The position numbers were made by a program, and so were the translations under genes. Source: the human T2T-CHM13v2.0 reference genome, Homo sapiens. Taken from it: DNA of 64,000 bases. Where the stretch lies: assembly GCF_009914755.1 (NCBI RefSeq), contig NC_060934.1; one strand, given 5' to 3'. Below, piece after piece: positions 43,012 to 56,079 of the stretch; position 1 is the stretch's first letter, and each line of letters starts with the position of its first letter. The notes below the pieces were generated by a model. It was not told where the DNA came from. It saw only the letters and a program-made list of their open reading frames with translations, and made no database searches.

Positions 43012-43101
43012 TATATAATGTGTGTATATCTATATATTTATGTATATATATGTGTGTGTGTATATATATCTCTGTGTGTGTGTGTGTGTGTGTATATATG
43101 T
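43012..43101. repeat. Compound (TA)n/(TG)n microsatellite
   Basis: Direct reading of the sequence. Confidence 0.9.
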
Positions 43102-44255
43102 ACACTAAACACCATACCTAATTCATAAGTGCTTAATATAAGTCAGCCATTATTATTATTTTGAAACTACTGAACTAGAAGCTTCCTCTTGCTTGATTAT
43201 TATTAGAAAAGGTTAATCTCAACAATACTAATTTAACTCCATACCAAAAGGAAACTGATTTGATCACCTGGGGATATATACATGATCAATAATTATGAAT
43301 TAGCTGTAAAAGTCATTACCTTTAATAATTTAGTCATTATCTGTGTCCCTGTCATCAAAATGGTGATACTACCTATATCTCATAATTTGGTTGTAAAGAA
43401 AATATTTCACATTAGACATTCAATTAACTGTTAGTTCTCTCCCCAAACACTATGCCTTCCACAGCAATGCAAAGAGTAGTATACAATCTTATTCACAAAA
43501 TCGATTTTACTTGAACAATGAGGTGGCCAAATGGTAACACCTGAATTCTCAATAGTGTGGATTCTTAAACACTCTCTCAGTATTCCTGAACAGATTGGAA
43601 AAATTAAGATAATGACTGCCCATTGCACCCCTGAGTTCCTCTAAGGTCTACGGATACATTTAAGTGAGTTGATCTTCTGAACCGCAATGCGTTAGTTCTT
43701 AAAATATCTTCGTCATTTGCACATTTTGTATTCAAAGCGTGTGGATTCCTCTTTAATTCATAACCTAAAACCCTGGTACTCATCAGACATCATCTATAAA
43801 ATGAACAATTTTCAGCACTTGCCAAGACTAGCTTGAAACATTTGATTCTTTAAAAAAGCAAACAATTATATATTTCTCTATATTTCCAAAGCTCTCTCTT
43901 ATTTTGCTCATCCAGACAAGAAATTTGTTCCATATGATCTTCACTCCCTGTTGAGACCTGGTATAATAATATGGAAACAGCCCGATTCTGTTTACTCCTA
44001 TTATAACACTTATTGCATATCTGTCTCCTCTGTTAGTTTACAAGTTTCTGGAGGAAATGGAGCATAATATAGGAACATCACATTCATCTTTGTATCCATT
44101 GTTCTGCCTTACTTGTAAGGGTGTCCTTGCTATAAATCCATACAAGATATATCAAATTAGGGTCCATCTATCACTGAAATCAGAAACACCCAGGGGTACT
44201 TGTTTAAAATGCAGATTTCTTTATTCTGTCCAAATATTCTAAATTATAATGGCTA

Positions 44256-44713
44256 CGCTATGGCTTGAATATGGTTTGTCTCTACCAAAACTCATGTTGA
44301 AATTTGATCCCCAATGTGGCAGTGTAAGGAGGAGGCCCTTTAGCAGAGGTGGGGTAGGGTTGAATGAGTTCTCCTGGGAGGTGGGCGGGGGGGCGGGGTG
44401 GGGAGGTGAGGAGGGGGAATAGATTACTTCCTGAAGAGCAGAGAGTAGGTTGTTAAAAAGAGCATGGCTTCCCAGGTTTATCTCTCTTGCTTTCTCTCTA
44501 ATGCATCCTCAGTCTCTACATGATCCCCTTGCACAGGGCTGCTCCTCTTTCGCTTTCCACCTTGAGTGGAAGTAGCATGAGGCCCTCACCAGATGTAGCT
44601 GCCCAGTCTTGGACTTTTCAGCCAGCAGAATCATAAGCCAAATAAACCTCTTTTCTTTATACATTACCCACCCTCAGGTATTTTGTTATAGCAATACAAA
44701 ACAGACTAAGACA
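44256..44713 (+). mobile_element. MST (MSTB-like) MaLR solo LTR inserted in a MER5 element
   Basis: caaaactcatgttgaaatttgatccccaatgtggcagtg...gaggccctcaccagatg...aaataaacctcttttctttata...gactaagaca; TSD ggcta/ggctg; MER5-like halves at about 44170-44250 and 44714-44790. Confidence 0.9.
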
Positions 44714-45153
44714 GGCTGGTATTGGGCACTGGGACATTTTATCATGCTCTACAGGTGATTCTGTGTATAATAAAGTTTTGGAATCCTATCACAGAAGAAG
44801 GGCTACACATTAGGAACCTGAGGTTCTTCCTGATGACCCAGAAAACCTGATAGTTCTCAGAAGAATAACAAATCTGTTTTTTCCCAATGATCAAAAGCAC
44901 ATATTCTCTGATCACAATAAATCTTTAAAAACAAAAAATGAAAATATAGGGAGAGAGAAGTTTTTTTTTCTTTTTATCTTTTGCATACAGGAAAACTTTA
45001 AACAAATACATAAAAGTAGATTAAATACCACTGTGATTCCCCAGGTACTGGCCCATCACCCAGCTTCACCAATCAATCCGTAGCCAATCATTTTTTATCT
45101 ATCACTACCCATGTCCCAACCCCAAACAAGCTTTCTTTAAAAATCATTGTCCT

Positions 45154-45464
<311 letters not shown>

Positions 45465-45758
45465 AAATCATTGTCCTCAAAGCTTTAAACAAAAGCTAAG
45501 ACACTGAAAAACAGAAAGATGTAAGACAAACTACTCAAATTTTTTTAATATTGAATATAATTATACAAACAGATTTATAACCTGGAACCATCATTAGAAC
45601 TACAAAGTTGCAATTCAATGGATGTGTAGTTATACTCTAGAGCAAGTACAAGATGGTTGTTAGGACTCCAATGAGATAATATTTGTAACAGCATCTAGCA
45701 CAGGTGCTATCATACATAGAACAAATGTTGTGAGCTTGAGGACTGTGAATAAGACAAT

Positions 45759-46235
45759 GTGGTAGTTTTCAAGATATGTTCACATCTTTTTGACACTTCT
45801 CTTTTCAACAGGTAGAGATTATTCCCTCCCCTTCCCTTGAGTATGGGCTGGACGTGGTGACTCACTTCTAGTTTATAAAATATAGCAGACAGGATTGGAT
45901 GTCACTGTTAATATTAGGTTATAAAATGACTATGGTTTTTGCCTTAGATGTGGGGATAGGTGGATGAATATGCTTTCTCTCTCATCATATTCTACAGGAA
46001 GATAGCTACCATGTCAGAAAGCAGCCCTGGAGAGAGGGAAGCCAACTGCCATGTCTTGAGGATTCTCAGGTAGCCTATGGAGAAGTCTAAACAGCAAGAA
46101 ACAAAAGCCTGCCAGCAACCACGTGAGTGAGCTAGGAAGTAGATTTTCCAGTCCCAGCTAAACCTTATGAAAACTGGCCCATAGCTTCATTTCAAACTCA
46201 TGAGAGATCCTGAATCAAGACAGCTAAGCTACTTA
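45759..46235 (+). mobile_element. MLT1F-like MaLR LTR (3' truncated)
   Basis: tgtggtag...ccttgagtatgggctggacgtggtgactcacttct...gccagcaaccacgtgagtgagctaggaagtagat...tcatgagagatcctga. Confidence 0.75.
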
Positions 46236-46882
46236 GATTACTTATAACAGCAAAACTTTGGGAACAACCTAAATATCCATCCCTAGGAGACTGGTTAAAT
46301 TGCCTACAGTGCATGCACAATGGGTTATATGTACCTGTGAGAAAAAAGAAGGAAGATCTTTATGAGTTGATACTAGGGTGATTCCCAGGATATAATATTA
46401 GGTTTCTTTTTTTTAAAAAAAGGTGCCAAAGAATGTACAATGAATAATACGCCTCTTTTGTATAATAAATAGGGGTAAATGTTTATATTTTTATTTACTT
46501 TTATCAAAAATAAGCACAGGAAAATAAACCTGAAACTAGTAAATACAAATAGAATGGAAACTTTTCCATTTTTATGTAGTTTTAACTTTGACTATGGAAA
46601 TAATTTACATATTCAAAAATTAAATTAAAATAGTTGGAAAAAGTAAACCCTAAAAGGGAATAACAAAGAAACAATTGTAATACACTCTATATCAAGTTGA
46701 TAATACAAACAAAAATGATAATTAAAGGAACTCTTGCATTCAGCACTCAGACTGTATACACTCTACTAAATTCGAAGAACAATAATTGTAAGAAAATCTA
46801 ATTTTCTCAGTAGTTTTGTTATTGTTGGTTGAAGTATTATTGCTGTAATTCTGAATCTATTTTGTATGTATTGGAGCAAATT

Positions 46883-46895
46883 AGAGAGAGAGAGA

Positions 46896-46943
<48 letters not shown>
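46883..46943. repeat. (GA)n(TG)n microsatellite
   Basis: About 6 GA units plus about 22 TG units. Confidence 0.95.
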
Positions 46944-46949
<6 letters not shown>

Positions 46950-47394
46950 TTTTATTTTTTTAAGTATCAAGGTTCTCACTGTAGATAAATGGGGATGCCA
47001 ATAGGATCTGGGGGGAGATGATGAAGAAACCCGTGGTGCTGCATTTGAACTGGAGTTTGTCAGCATGATCTCATCACTTCTTAAAAAATTAAATCTATGG
47101 TCTGTCTTAGCAGCAATGACATTCCAAATAGCAACAAGAACCCCAAAAACCCAGATATTGGCTTCTAAATAACATTCCCTATTAAAAGAAACCAACCAAA
47201 AGAAATGGTTGATTCCAGATCTAGGGCAGAAAAAGAACAAGGTAAGATTTGAATACCTTTTGCCAGAAAGCCAGGAAGTGCTTAACAATAGCTATGGCAT
47301 CATCTGAAAAGGACACAGGAGAGGTTCTCAATTAAAAAAAAAAAGAATCTGGAAGCTTCAAAAAGAATAACAATGTATTAAATCATAACACTGG

Positions 47395-47625
47395 GAGGTA
47401 AAAAGAGGGAAAGGAGGAAAGGTAGAGGAAGAGAGAGAAAGAGAAGTAGCAGAGACACTCTGTGAGTGTGAGTGAGACAGAGAAAAACTGTGTGCATGTG
47501 TGTTGGAGAAAGGGAGGACGGGAAGGAGAGACAGAAAGAGAGAGAGGAGGAGGCAAGAAAGTAGGGGAGAGAGAAAAGGAAGGATTCAAGGAAGAGAGAG
47601 GAGAGGGTGGGAGAGAAGAAGGAAT
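47395..47625. repeat. GA-rich low-complexity tract
   Basis: Purine-rich gaga/ggaa runs. Confidence 0.8.
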
Positions 47626-47948
47626 AATAAAAAAAAGTTTTTTAAAGAATAATGACAATTAATTCAGGCAAGGATCATCACTGGATGTTAAAACCTGGTT
47701 GTTAAGGAACAGAAATTTATATCACCTTTCCCTTAAAGATTATTTATTAATTTCAGAGAATAAATCCCACAGATAACTCATTAATTACAAAGGAGAAAAA
47801 ATGAATCTTTACAACGGAGAGATCTAGCAGTCACTATGTCACCCAAATGATCAAACTTGTCACTAACAGTAAAACCAGATGCCACCATGTGTCCTTGATG
47901 TAATGCAATAAGGAATGCACATGTTATCAGTGTGAAAAATGTGAAACC

Positions 47949-48150
47949 CAGTGGTTCTCAAAGTGTAGTCCTGAGACAGCAGCATGGGTATTAACTTACA
48001 GACTTACTTGTTAAACTTGTGAACTTGTTAGAAATTCAAATGACTGGGCTCCAACACAGACCCCAGGAACTCTGGGGGTGGGGCCAAGCCATCTATGTTT
48101 AACAATCCCTCTAGATGGCTCTGAAATACCCTAAAGTTTGAGAACCACTG
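47949..48150 (+). mobile_element. MER5A full length, inserted in L1M
   Basis: TIRs CAGTGGTTCTCAAA / TTTGAGAACCACTG; 8-bp TSD gtgaaacc / gtttaacc. Confidence 0.9.
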
Positions 48151-50289
48151 GTTTAACCTGAATTTAATAAGGAAACAGTGAGACAAATCCAGACTTTCAT
48201 ATATATTCTACTGACCTGAACTCTTCAAAAAAGTCAAGTTCACAAAGAACAAAAAAAGCAGAGCCAGGAAGAAATGGTGGAAGGAAACTTTAGATTAAAC
48301 TAAAAAGACATAACAACCTAATACAATGAGTAGATTTTAATTGGATCCTGAATTAAAAAGAAAATTAAAACTAAGAGAATTTTCAAGGCAACTGAGAAAA
48401 CTGAAATACGGACTTTATATTAGATCACAGTGTGCATTTATCATTACCTATCTTAGATGTAATAATGTATTTTGATTATAAAACAGAATATCCTTACTTT
48501 TAAGTGATGCATGCTGAAGTACTAAGGAGTAAAATGTCTTAATATCTACAACTTAGCAACTTTCTTTCAAATGATTCAGGAAAAATAAAACAAATGAGCA
48601 AAAATTAAAAAATAAATAAGAATTTAAAAATAAATAAAATTTATACATTTATATCTATATATAAGAAGAGAAAATAAGTCAGAAACAATGGTAACAATTG
48701 ATACATTAAGGCAAAAGATGTCTTTTTTCCAACTGTTTTTCAACTTTTCTGTATTTGAAACATTTTCATAATAAAAAGATGGATAAAATTTCATGCAACA
48801 CATGCCTAGAAATTGGAAAAGGGTGAGTATTCTAAAAAACCAAAAAGTCAGAAAACAAAGTAAGTCTGTAAGTTTATGTTTTCAAAGTGAAAGACTAAAG
48901 CATTCTGAAGCAACTAAAATGCTCCACCACTGAAGTGGCAGAGTGGAGGTAACGGGGTTGGTCACTTACTGAGCTCTGACAGAATTTCCAGCTCATAGCT
49001 TATAGCCACCCACATGTGAACTATATTAAAAAGTGATGCACTTCCAGTTTTCCCTTCACTACAGAGGAAATGCAGAGAGTCAATAACATCATCAACCATA
49101 AGCTTTTAAGGTTCAACATCCTAATAAAACTGATGAATCTTGACTTGCAGCCTCAGCAGTTAAATTACTGCTATGAAAATCACGGCCAATGGCCAAGTTG
49201 CATGAAAGAATAATGATACATATTTACTGTTAACCATCAGTCAAGTCCAAGAGCTATGAGAGATGAAATATAAAATGTAATAAATGTGAATGTCATCTGA
49301 GGGCACCTGTCCCAAAGACACACACACGCACACACACACACAATGAATATAATAATTTTCTTTGAATATTTTTCCTGGTAATTAAAAAAAGCTATTGAAA
49401 AATACAAAACAGTAAATCCTAAATGATACTCCTAAAAGAAGGAGTCCAATCAGCTGTAAACAAATCAATAAGAAAGTGCTATGATAAGGTAATGCTAATA
49501 AAGTATTAAACCTTTCCTTTCACAATCATTTGTTCTTGAACAACTGTACTAACCATAGCAAGACACTCTCCCCATATTTAAAGCCCATGATTTATGGCTC
49601 ACTTTCTTCCACAGCTTTTATGAGAAGGCGTTTTTTAGATGTCCCATGTGAGCTGCTAACATCTGCACTGATGAAAGAATTGTAAAGGGCAAAATTCACA
49701 AAGGATTACCACTATCAGGTTTTTTAAAAGAGATACAATACATTATAATTTGATGTACTGATAGTTTTTGAAGTACTTTCCAATGTAAACTTCAAAAGAT
49801 CATAATGAATATTTAATTTCAATCACAGCACACATTGAGAGTTCAAAATTACTGGCCACTAGGAAACTAAATCTACTGATAAAAGAATGCAACCACTTAT
49901 TACAGCCACAAGCATGATTTTGAGCTATGATTACATGTAAATCTAATGTCTCTACAATTGATAACAGTGGGATTAACTGGATATTTCTGCCACCTTAAAA
50001 TAGGGTAAACAGTCAATAGTGAGAGGAGTTAATTAGTTAATAGTTAGCAGTTGCAGCTGCAAAATGAATCACCATTCTTTGAAAGTCTGAATTTTAATCT
50101 TGAGTGGTCTCTGTATTTTAAGTAAGCACTATGTTGAAAGCTTTTATTAGTAAGTCTCTTATCCTGTCTTCAGTTGCCAACTGTGTATGTGCTGGACTTG
50201 GGAAAAATAATGAATTCTGATTGACGAACAGCTTGAAATGAGGGTTTGTGAGTGAGGTAAAAGGTCAGAGATTCTGAAGAGGAACCATA

Positions 50290-50550
50290 GCTTCGTGGTT
50301 ATGATTGTTTTCTATGCAAATAGACAGATCTGTGTTTGAATAACTCCATCACTTACAAGCTGTGTAACCTAAGGAAAATTACATGATTTTTCCATGCCTT
50401 TATTTCCTCATCTGTAAGACGGGGACATTAATAGTTTTCTACCATGTGGATATGTTGTGATGACCCAATGAGATAATGTATGATAAGGTCTTTGCTACAG
50501 TGTCTGGCACATAGTGAATACTCAGTACATGTGGCTAGGATTATTAGTGC
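50290..50550 (+). mobile_element. MIR SINE near full length
   Basis: tgtttgaataactccatcacttacaagctgtgtaacct...tttcctcatctgtaagacgggga...cagtgtctggcacatagtgaatactcagta. Confidence 0.85.
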
Positions 50551-51484
50551 ATGTTGTTATTTGGCATCAGTGTTTGGTATAATTCTAATGACCTTTATTA
50601 GTGTTTTCCTATCAGTTGCCTGTGAGTTGTTAGTAATGATGGTGGCAGTGGCTGTAGCAGCCCACAATGAGAATATTTCACATTACTGGTGCCAATGTTT
50701 CTTTAAATTTTGGCATTGTTTAGTGAAGAGTTAAAAGACTACAGCCTTGTCTTTTGGTGGAGGCCCATTTACCATAATTCCCCTCTACTGCTTTCCCAAT
50801 ATTCTACTCCAGTTAGGAATGTCCCTTTGAGACACTGTTTATACAGAGGAAAACTACGCAAAAATTTAAGGAAAAAAAAAGAAACATTAGCACCAATAAT
50901 GTCAAATATTCTCATTGTTAGCTTAATGCCTAAATACAACTGCCAGTTTCCTGATTTACTATCACTCTCCACCCATTCTCAAAGGCACTGCACATTTTTC
51001 CCTGCATCCTGGAATACAATCATTTTAGAATGACTACTTTTTCTTTGGCAAGACATTCACTTTTGGTGGGGGTGGGGGGGCTGGTTCATAAACCCCTTCT
51101 AAGATTGCCTATGTAGGTCTCTTCCTTCATTCCTGAATGGAATTCCTCTGTGGCTCTTATTTGGCTCACAGTAAAGTGATGTTGAACAAAATGTAGAACT
51201 TTCAAGTTCAATGTTATGACGCTAATAAAAACCTAGATGGACTCATCACTTTTTAAAAAACTGTATGATTATGATTTTGTGATGGGCTGGTCTTTGACAC
51301 TGGCAAACAAAGACAGGCAACTGTTGCACATTATCCTAAATGAGGGACAGAATTGCACTTGTCTGTGAACTCCATCTGAAAATGGACTGCATGTATCTTG
51401 TTCCCCATTGCATTCACAATACGTAGCATAGTGGCAGATCTGGGTAGGTTTAGAAAAAGTATTGATGAATGATAGAATTAGTGG

Positions 51485-51585
51485 AAGAAAGGAAATAAGA
51501 GAGAGAGAGAAAAAAAAGGAGAGAAGAGGAGAGGAGAGGGGAGGAGAGGAGGAGGGGGAGGGGACAGGAGGGCGGGGGAGAAGGG
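51485..51585. repeat. (GGAGA)n/GA-rich purine tract
   Basis: Direct reading of the sequence. Confidence 0.85.
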
Positions 51586-51829
51586 CAGTTCTAATCTCAG
51601 TTCTGAAGAAAGATTAAAATATATAAAGCATTTGATTGCCTTTTTAAAAATGCCACAAAATGGTTAAGTTGAATCTTTAAGAACATTAGCTTAAAAAATG
51701 AAAGATTAGGAGACAACTCAAAAATAAGTGCAAAAAGTTATTTTATAGGCCAGGTGTTCTCTACCAAGCACATAATAAAAAGGTGGGTGGGGGGAAGGGG
51801 AGAAGGAAGGCTTAAATAGTAACACCTAT

Positions 51830-51970
51830 AAAGAAAGATTAAGGAAAGATTTCCTCACAGCTATGATTATTAAATACCAAAATAAGATACCAATTGGTCA
51901 TATAACCTTTCTTCCTCAAATATCCTTAAAAGCAATAAGAGTGATACTCATCTGCCTGGAACAATATAGG
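51830..51970 (+). mobile_element. L3/CR1 3' fragment
   Basis: aaagatttcctcacag...attaaatacc...ttcttcctcaaatatccttaaaagca...catctgcctggaa resembles the L3 3' end. Confidence 0.5.
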
Positions 51971-52655
51971 ACTGTTTCTGCCAAGATGACTTATCAAGCC
52001 CCATTCCACCTCTGATAAATTTTTCATAGTCTCCTTTGTGGCTATGTCCAAATGACCATTGTAAGTAATCCCCTAGGATATTAACATTTGGAGTACATAT
52101 GCCTACTGAGGCTTTTAATATAAATGAACATTTAGAAAATAATTTAGGATTAGAAGTCTCAACCATTTCACACTTCATGGAAGTGTGTCAAATTTATGTT
52201 AGGCTTTTAGATGAAGGACCATATTTTCCCCAATAGAATAGCACGGTGTATATATAAATTGAATGCACACTTGGGATAATATGCAGCTGTACTGTGTAAC
52301 AGAAGAGAGGACTCCACATTTTAAAACATTTAAAGAAAAAAAAAATGAGGCAGATAATTCTATCCATCCTGATATAAACTGGCAAGAAAATAGACAAAAA
52401 CTGAAACATATAATTTGTTTAAATTATTCAAATTAGCAAGAGATTTTTTAATAGTGTCCCTTAAAAACTCCACTGACTCACATCACAAGCAGCTTCAGAA
52501 CAAAGTTTTTGCTAAATTTCTCATATCTCTAAAATGCTCCACTCAGTAGCAATCAATTTATGTAAGTATCTCTATTATAAATAGGATATATGTATATCAC
52601 CAGAGGTAAAAATAAGTAACAGATAAGTAATAGTTAATATTTTATTAAGGGTTTA

Positions 52656-52920
52656 CACTTTGGGAGGCCGAGGCGGGCGGATCACAAGTTCAGGAGTTTG
52701 AGAACAGCCTGGCCAACATGGTAAAATCCCGTCTCTAATAAAAATATAAAAAATTAGCCGGGCATGGTGGTGCGCGCCTGTAATACACCCAGCTACTCAG
52801 GAGGCTGAAGCAGGAGAATCGCTTGAACCCAGAAGGCAGAGGTTACAGTGAGCCAAGATCGCGCCACTGCACACCAGCCTGAGCAACAGAGCAAGATTCT
52901 GTTTCGAGAAAAAAAAAAAA
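52656..52920 (+). mobile_element. AluS (AluSg-like), 5'-truncated by about 35 nt
   Basis: Begins at cactttgggaggccgagg, ends in poly(A); GTTTACA on both sides (52651-52657, 52921-52927). Confidence 0.96.
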
Positions 52921-53349
52921 GTTTACATAATAAACCTTTATGTTCTTTATTTTATAATATAAAATACTAATATATTAATTAGTATTACCTTTTTTTAAAG
53001 CCTTACCTGCTTTAAAAAAATTCATCCACGTAAGAAGACAATATGAGGCCCAGGCAATTATTATGCCCATTTTACAAATGAAAAAAAAAAAAACCAAAAA
53101 CCTGAGGTTTTGAATTGAAACAATGGGAGACATAAGAATATGGATTAAGACGAGGGAGAAATCTATTCTAAAATTTGAATTCAATGGGACATTATCTCCT
53201 TCCCTCACTATCAGGCCAACCGTTGTTAGGTTCCAAGCCTTCTACAGCTGCACTGAGAAACTCAGTCCTTCATTTCTCAGGAGAATCACCTCTCTATGAT
53301 GTACAGGCCACAGGCGATGACAGCAGCTCTCTCACTCCCTAGGTAACCA

Positions 53350-53900
53350 AAATGTGAGATGTCAAAGAGAAGAGCCCATGATAATGGCATGACTTTTGGC
53401 CTGAGCAACTGGAGTCAGAAAGACTTGCCATTTTCTCAAACAGTGAAGACTGTTGAAAGAATGTAAAGGAAAGAACCAGAAGTTTATCTTGTATAAGTTC
53501 AGTATGGTGCACTTACTTGACAAGCAGGTGGAATTCCTGAGCAGACTGGAGTTCAGGGGAGATACCCAAGCTGAAGATGTGTGTTTGGGACTTAATGTCC
53601 TGAAACTGGATGAGAAGGTATAGATGGGGAAGGGTAAAGAAAATTGGATTGAGTCCTGGGTTATGCCAACATTTATAGGCCTGAGAAGATGAGCGGGAAT
53701 GAGGAAAACAAGAGAAGTTAAGAAGGATGCAAGAGGGAGTGCTGTCCCAGAAGCCAAGTGAAGACAGTATTTAAAGAAGGCAGGAGTGATCGTGATCTAC
53801 ACTCAAATGCTCCAGGCAGGTCAAGTACAATGATGGCTGAGGATTAATAGTTGGATTTAACAACCTGGAAGTCACTCATGTTCTTAACAAAGTGATAGTC
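53350..53900 (-). mobile_element. L2 LINE fragment
   Basis: ttttggcctgagcaactgga...gagttcagggg...tgtcccagaagccaagtgaagacagt...ttggatttaacaacctggaagtcact. Confidence 0.8.
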
Positions 53901-54128
53901 ATGCTGTAGATACAATTTTGTTTTCTATTTTTTATTGGCCATTAATAACTCTTTGAAATCCTATTTTCGATGCCTGCATAATATCCCATAATATAAATGC
54001 ACAATAATTTATTTAAACAAACTGCTATTGTGGATATTTAAGTTGTTTCCAATTTTTTACTTTTATAAATAACAATGTAAAATCATCCTTGAATGTAAAT
54101 CAGTAACACTATATTTAAATGAATTCAA

Positions 54129-54139
54129 ATGAGTCAGCA
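54129..54139 (-). promoter_or_regulatory. Perfect NF-E2/NRF2/BACH-sMAF (ARE) motif
   Basis: ATGAGTCAGCA = TGCTGACTCAT on the minus strand; motif match only. Confidence 0.3.
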
Positions 54140-56079
54140 TGCATTAAAATGCAAGGGAAATTTTGCTAGTAAATAACATACATGTACACTAAATACTGCA
54201 ACAAAGAAGTTGAGAAAATTCTGATACATAGATATCCCTCAATAGTGCCAGCTATTTGTATTACTTTCTTTTTAAAAGGAAGATGCGATTTAGAGAAAAA
54301 AATGGGAAGCAGTCTGTTTGCACCCTTTTATGTCAGAAATAAGTCCTCTTTGGACACAATTCTTTCTAAAGTAAATTATCTCTGTGTAGTTCTATTTGGT
54401 AGGTTTCTAATACAGAAAAGTAGGATCTTCTTCATAGGTCTATAAAAAATGTAATTTATAATGAAAAGCACTTTGCAGTTCATAAAATATTTCTTATTCA
54501 TTACTTCACAGATACTCACCAAACAACATAGGTAATACAGGCTCCCCATTAAGCCAGTTGCCCAAACTTGTCGTTTTTTTATGCCTGCCTATCCTTCACC
54601 ATACAGGATCAAAAAGTAATTTTTAAAAGCTTTATTTAACATCACCTATGGCTCCTAAGTATCTGTAAGACAGAGTACACATTTCATAATGTAGTGTCTA
54701 AGTTTCCTTTACAGTCTGGCCTGTAGTTTTCATCTACATTCTCTCCCATTACTCTCCACAATGCATCTTACACTCCAACTACTCTACACTGCTCACAGGT
54801 GCCCAACGAGCACTTTACTCTCCCACCTTTGTGCCTTTTGCTTAGGCTGACTTCTCTGTCTGGAATGCCACACTCCTCTCATTACTGGCAGTGCAAAGTT
54901 ACACCTACGTTTCAACTATGCCTTTCTCCTTTATTAGTTGTATGGTGCTGGATAAATTATTAAGCTTCTCAGAACCTCTCTTTTTCTCAAGTGCAAATGG
55001 TAATAATAATAATACCTACCTCACAGGCTGACAGTGAGAATTACATAAAGTAAGACATCGGAAGTATCTGGCCCAATAAGTATTATGTTTTTAAACTCTA
55101 CCTCTGAATGGACAGTGAATGCACATGATTCAAAATTCAAAAATGTAGAAAAAAATATACCTCCCCTCCACTCCTTCCTCCACAAGAAGTTCTCCTACCA
55201 GAGGCTATATTTTTTCCCAATTTTTTGCACAGCCTTTCAGAGCCATTATATACAAATGGTGGTCTTATACATAGTCTTTGACATCTTTCTTATTTCACTT
55301 CATAATATATCTTGCAGACCCTTCCCTATCTGGACACAAACATCTGTCTCATTCTTTTTTAAAACAGCTGTCATGTTCCATAATATGGATGCACTATCAC
55401 TAAGTAAACCATGTCCCTGTGGTCAGACTTTAAGATTATTAGCAAACTTTTTCCCCAACATTTTATTATAAAAGTTTTCAAATGTACACAAAAGTTGAAA
55501 TAATTTTATATTAAACACTCAGACACAAACCAGATAGTTTCTATAAATAATATTTTAGTATTACTTGCCTTACCATATACCTAATCATCCCTTCATCACT
55601 CTATGAATCCATTGTAATTTTTTATTAATTTCTGAATAAGTTGCAGATATCACTACACCTCCCCTGAAATACTTAATGAATATTATTAACTATTAGATGT
55701 TAAACTTTTGTCATTACAATTAGTACTGTAATGAAAACTTGCATAAACACCTTTTCACACATGTATGCATATTTCCTAGAAATTAAATTGCTGGGATTGT
55801 GCATTTATAATTTTCAGAGATATTGCCAAATTTTGCACCGTCGAGATTGTAACAGTTAACACTCCCACCAGCAATGTAGGTGAGTGCCTGTTTTTCTTTG
55901 CCTTTATAACATACTATCATCAAATGTTTAAATACATGACAATACCAAAGATGAAAAGGGATCTTGTAGTAGTGTTGTTCTACATTTATTTTAGTGAAGT
56001 TCAACATTTTTTTTCATGTTTAATAACTACTTGCATTTTCTTTTGGGTACAACGTTCTATCGATAATACCTTCTATTTA

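Larger units (their letters stand above)
46240..48785 (+). mobile_element. Old L1M (L1MC/L1MD-like) 3' region
   Basis: cagcaaaactttgggaacaacctaaatatccatc...caaggttctcactgtag...attcaggcaaggatcatc...aaggaaacagtgagacaaatccaga...gcatgctgaagta...ttttcataataaaaag. Confidence 0.75.

Noticed and set aside
48924-48941. Possible CTCF site CCACTGAAGTGGCAG
   Set aside because: Spacing is one base off the CCASYAGRKGGCRS core.
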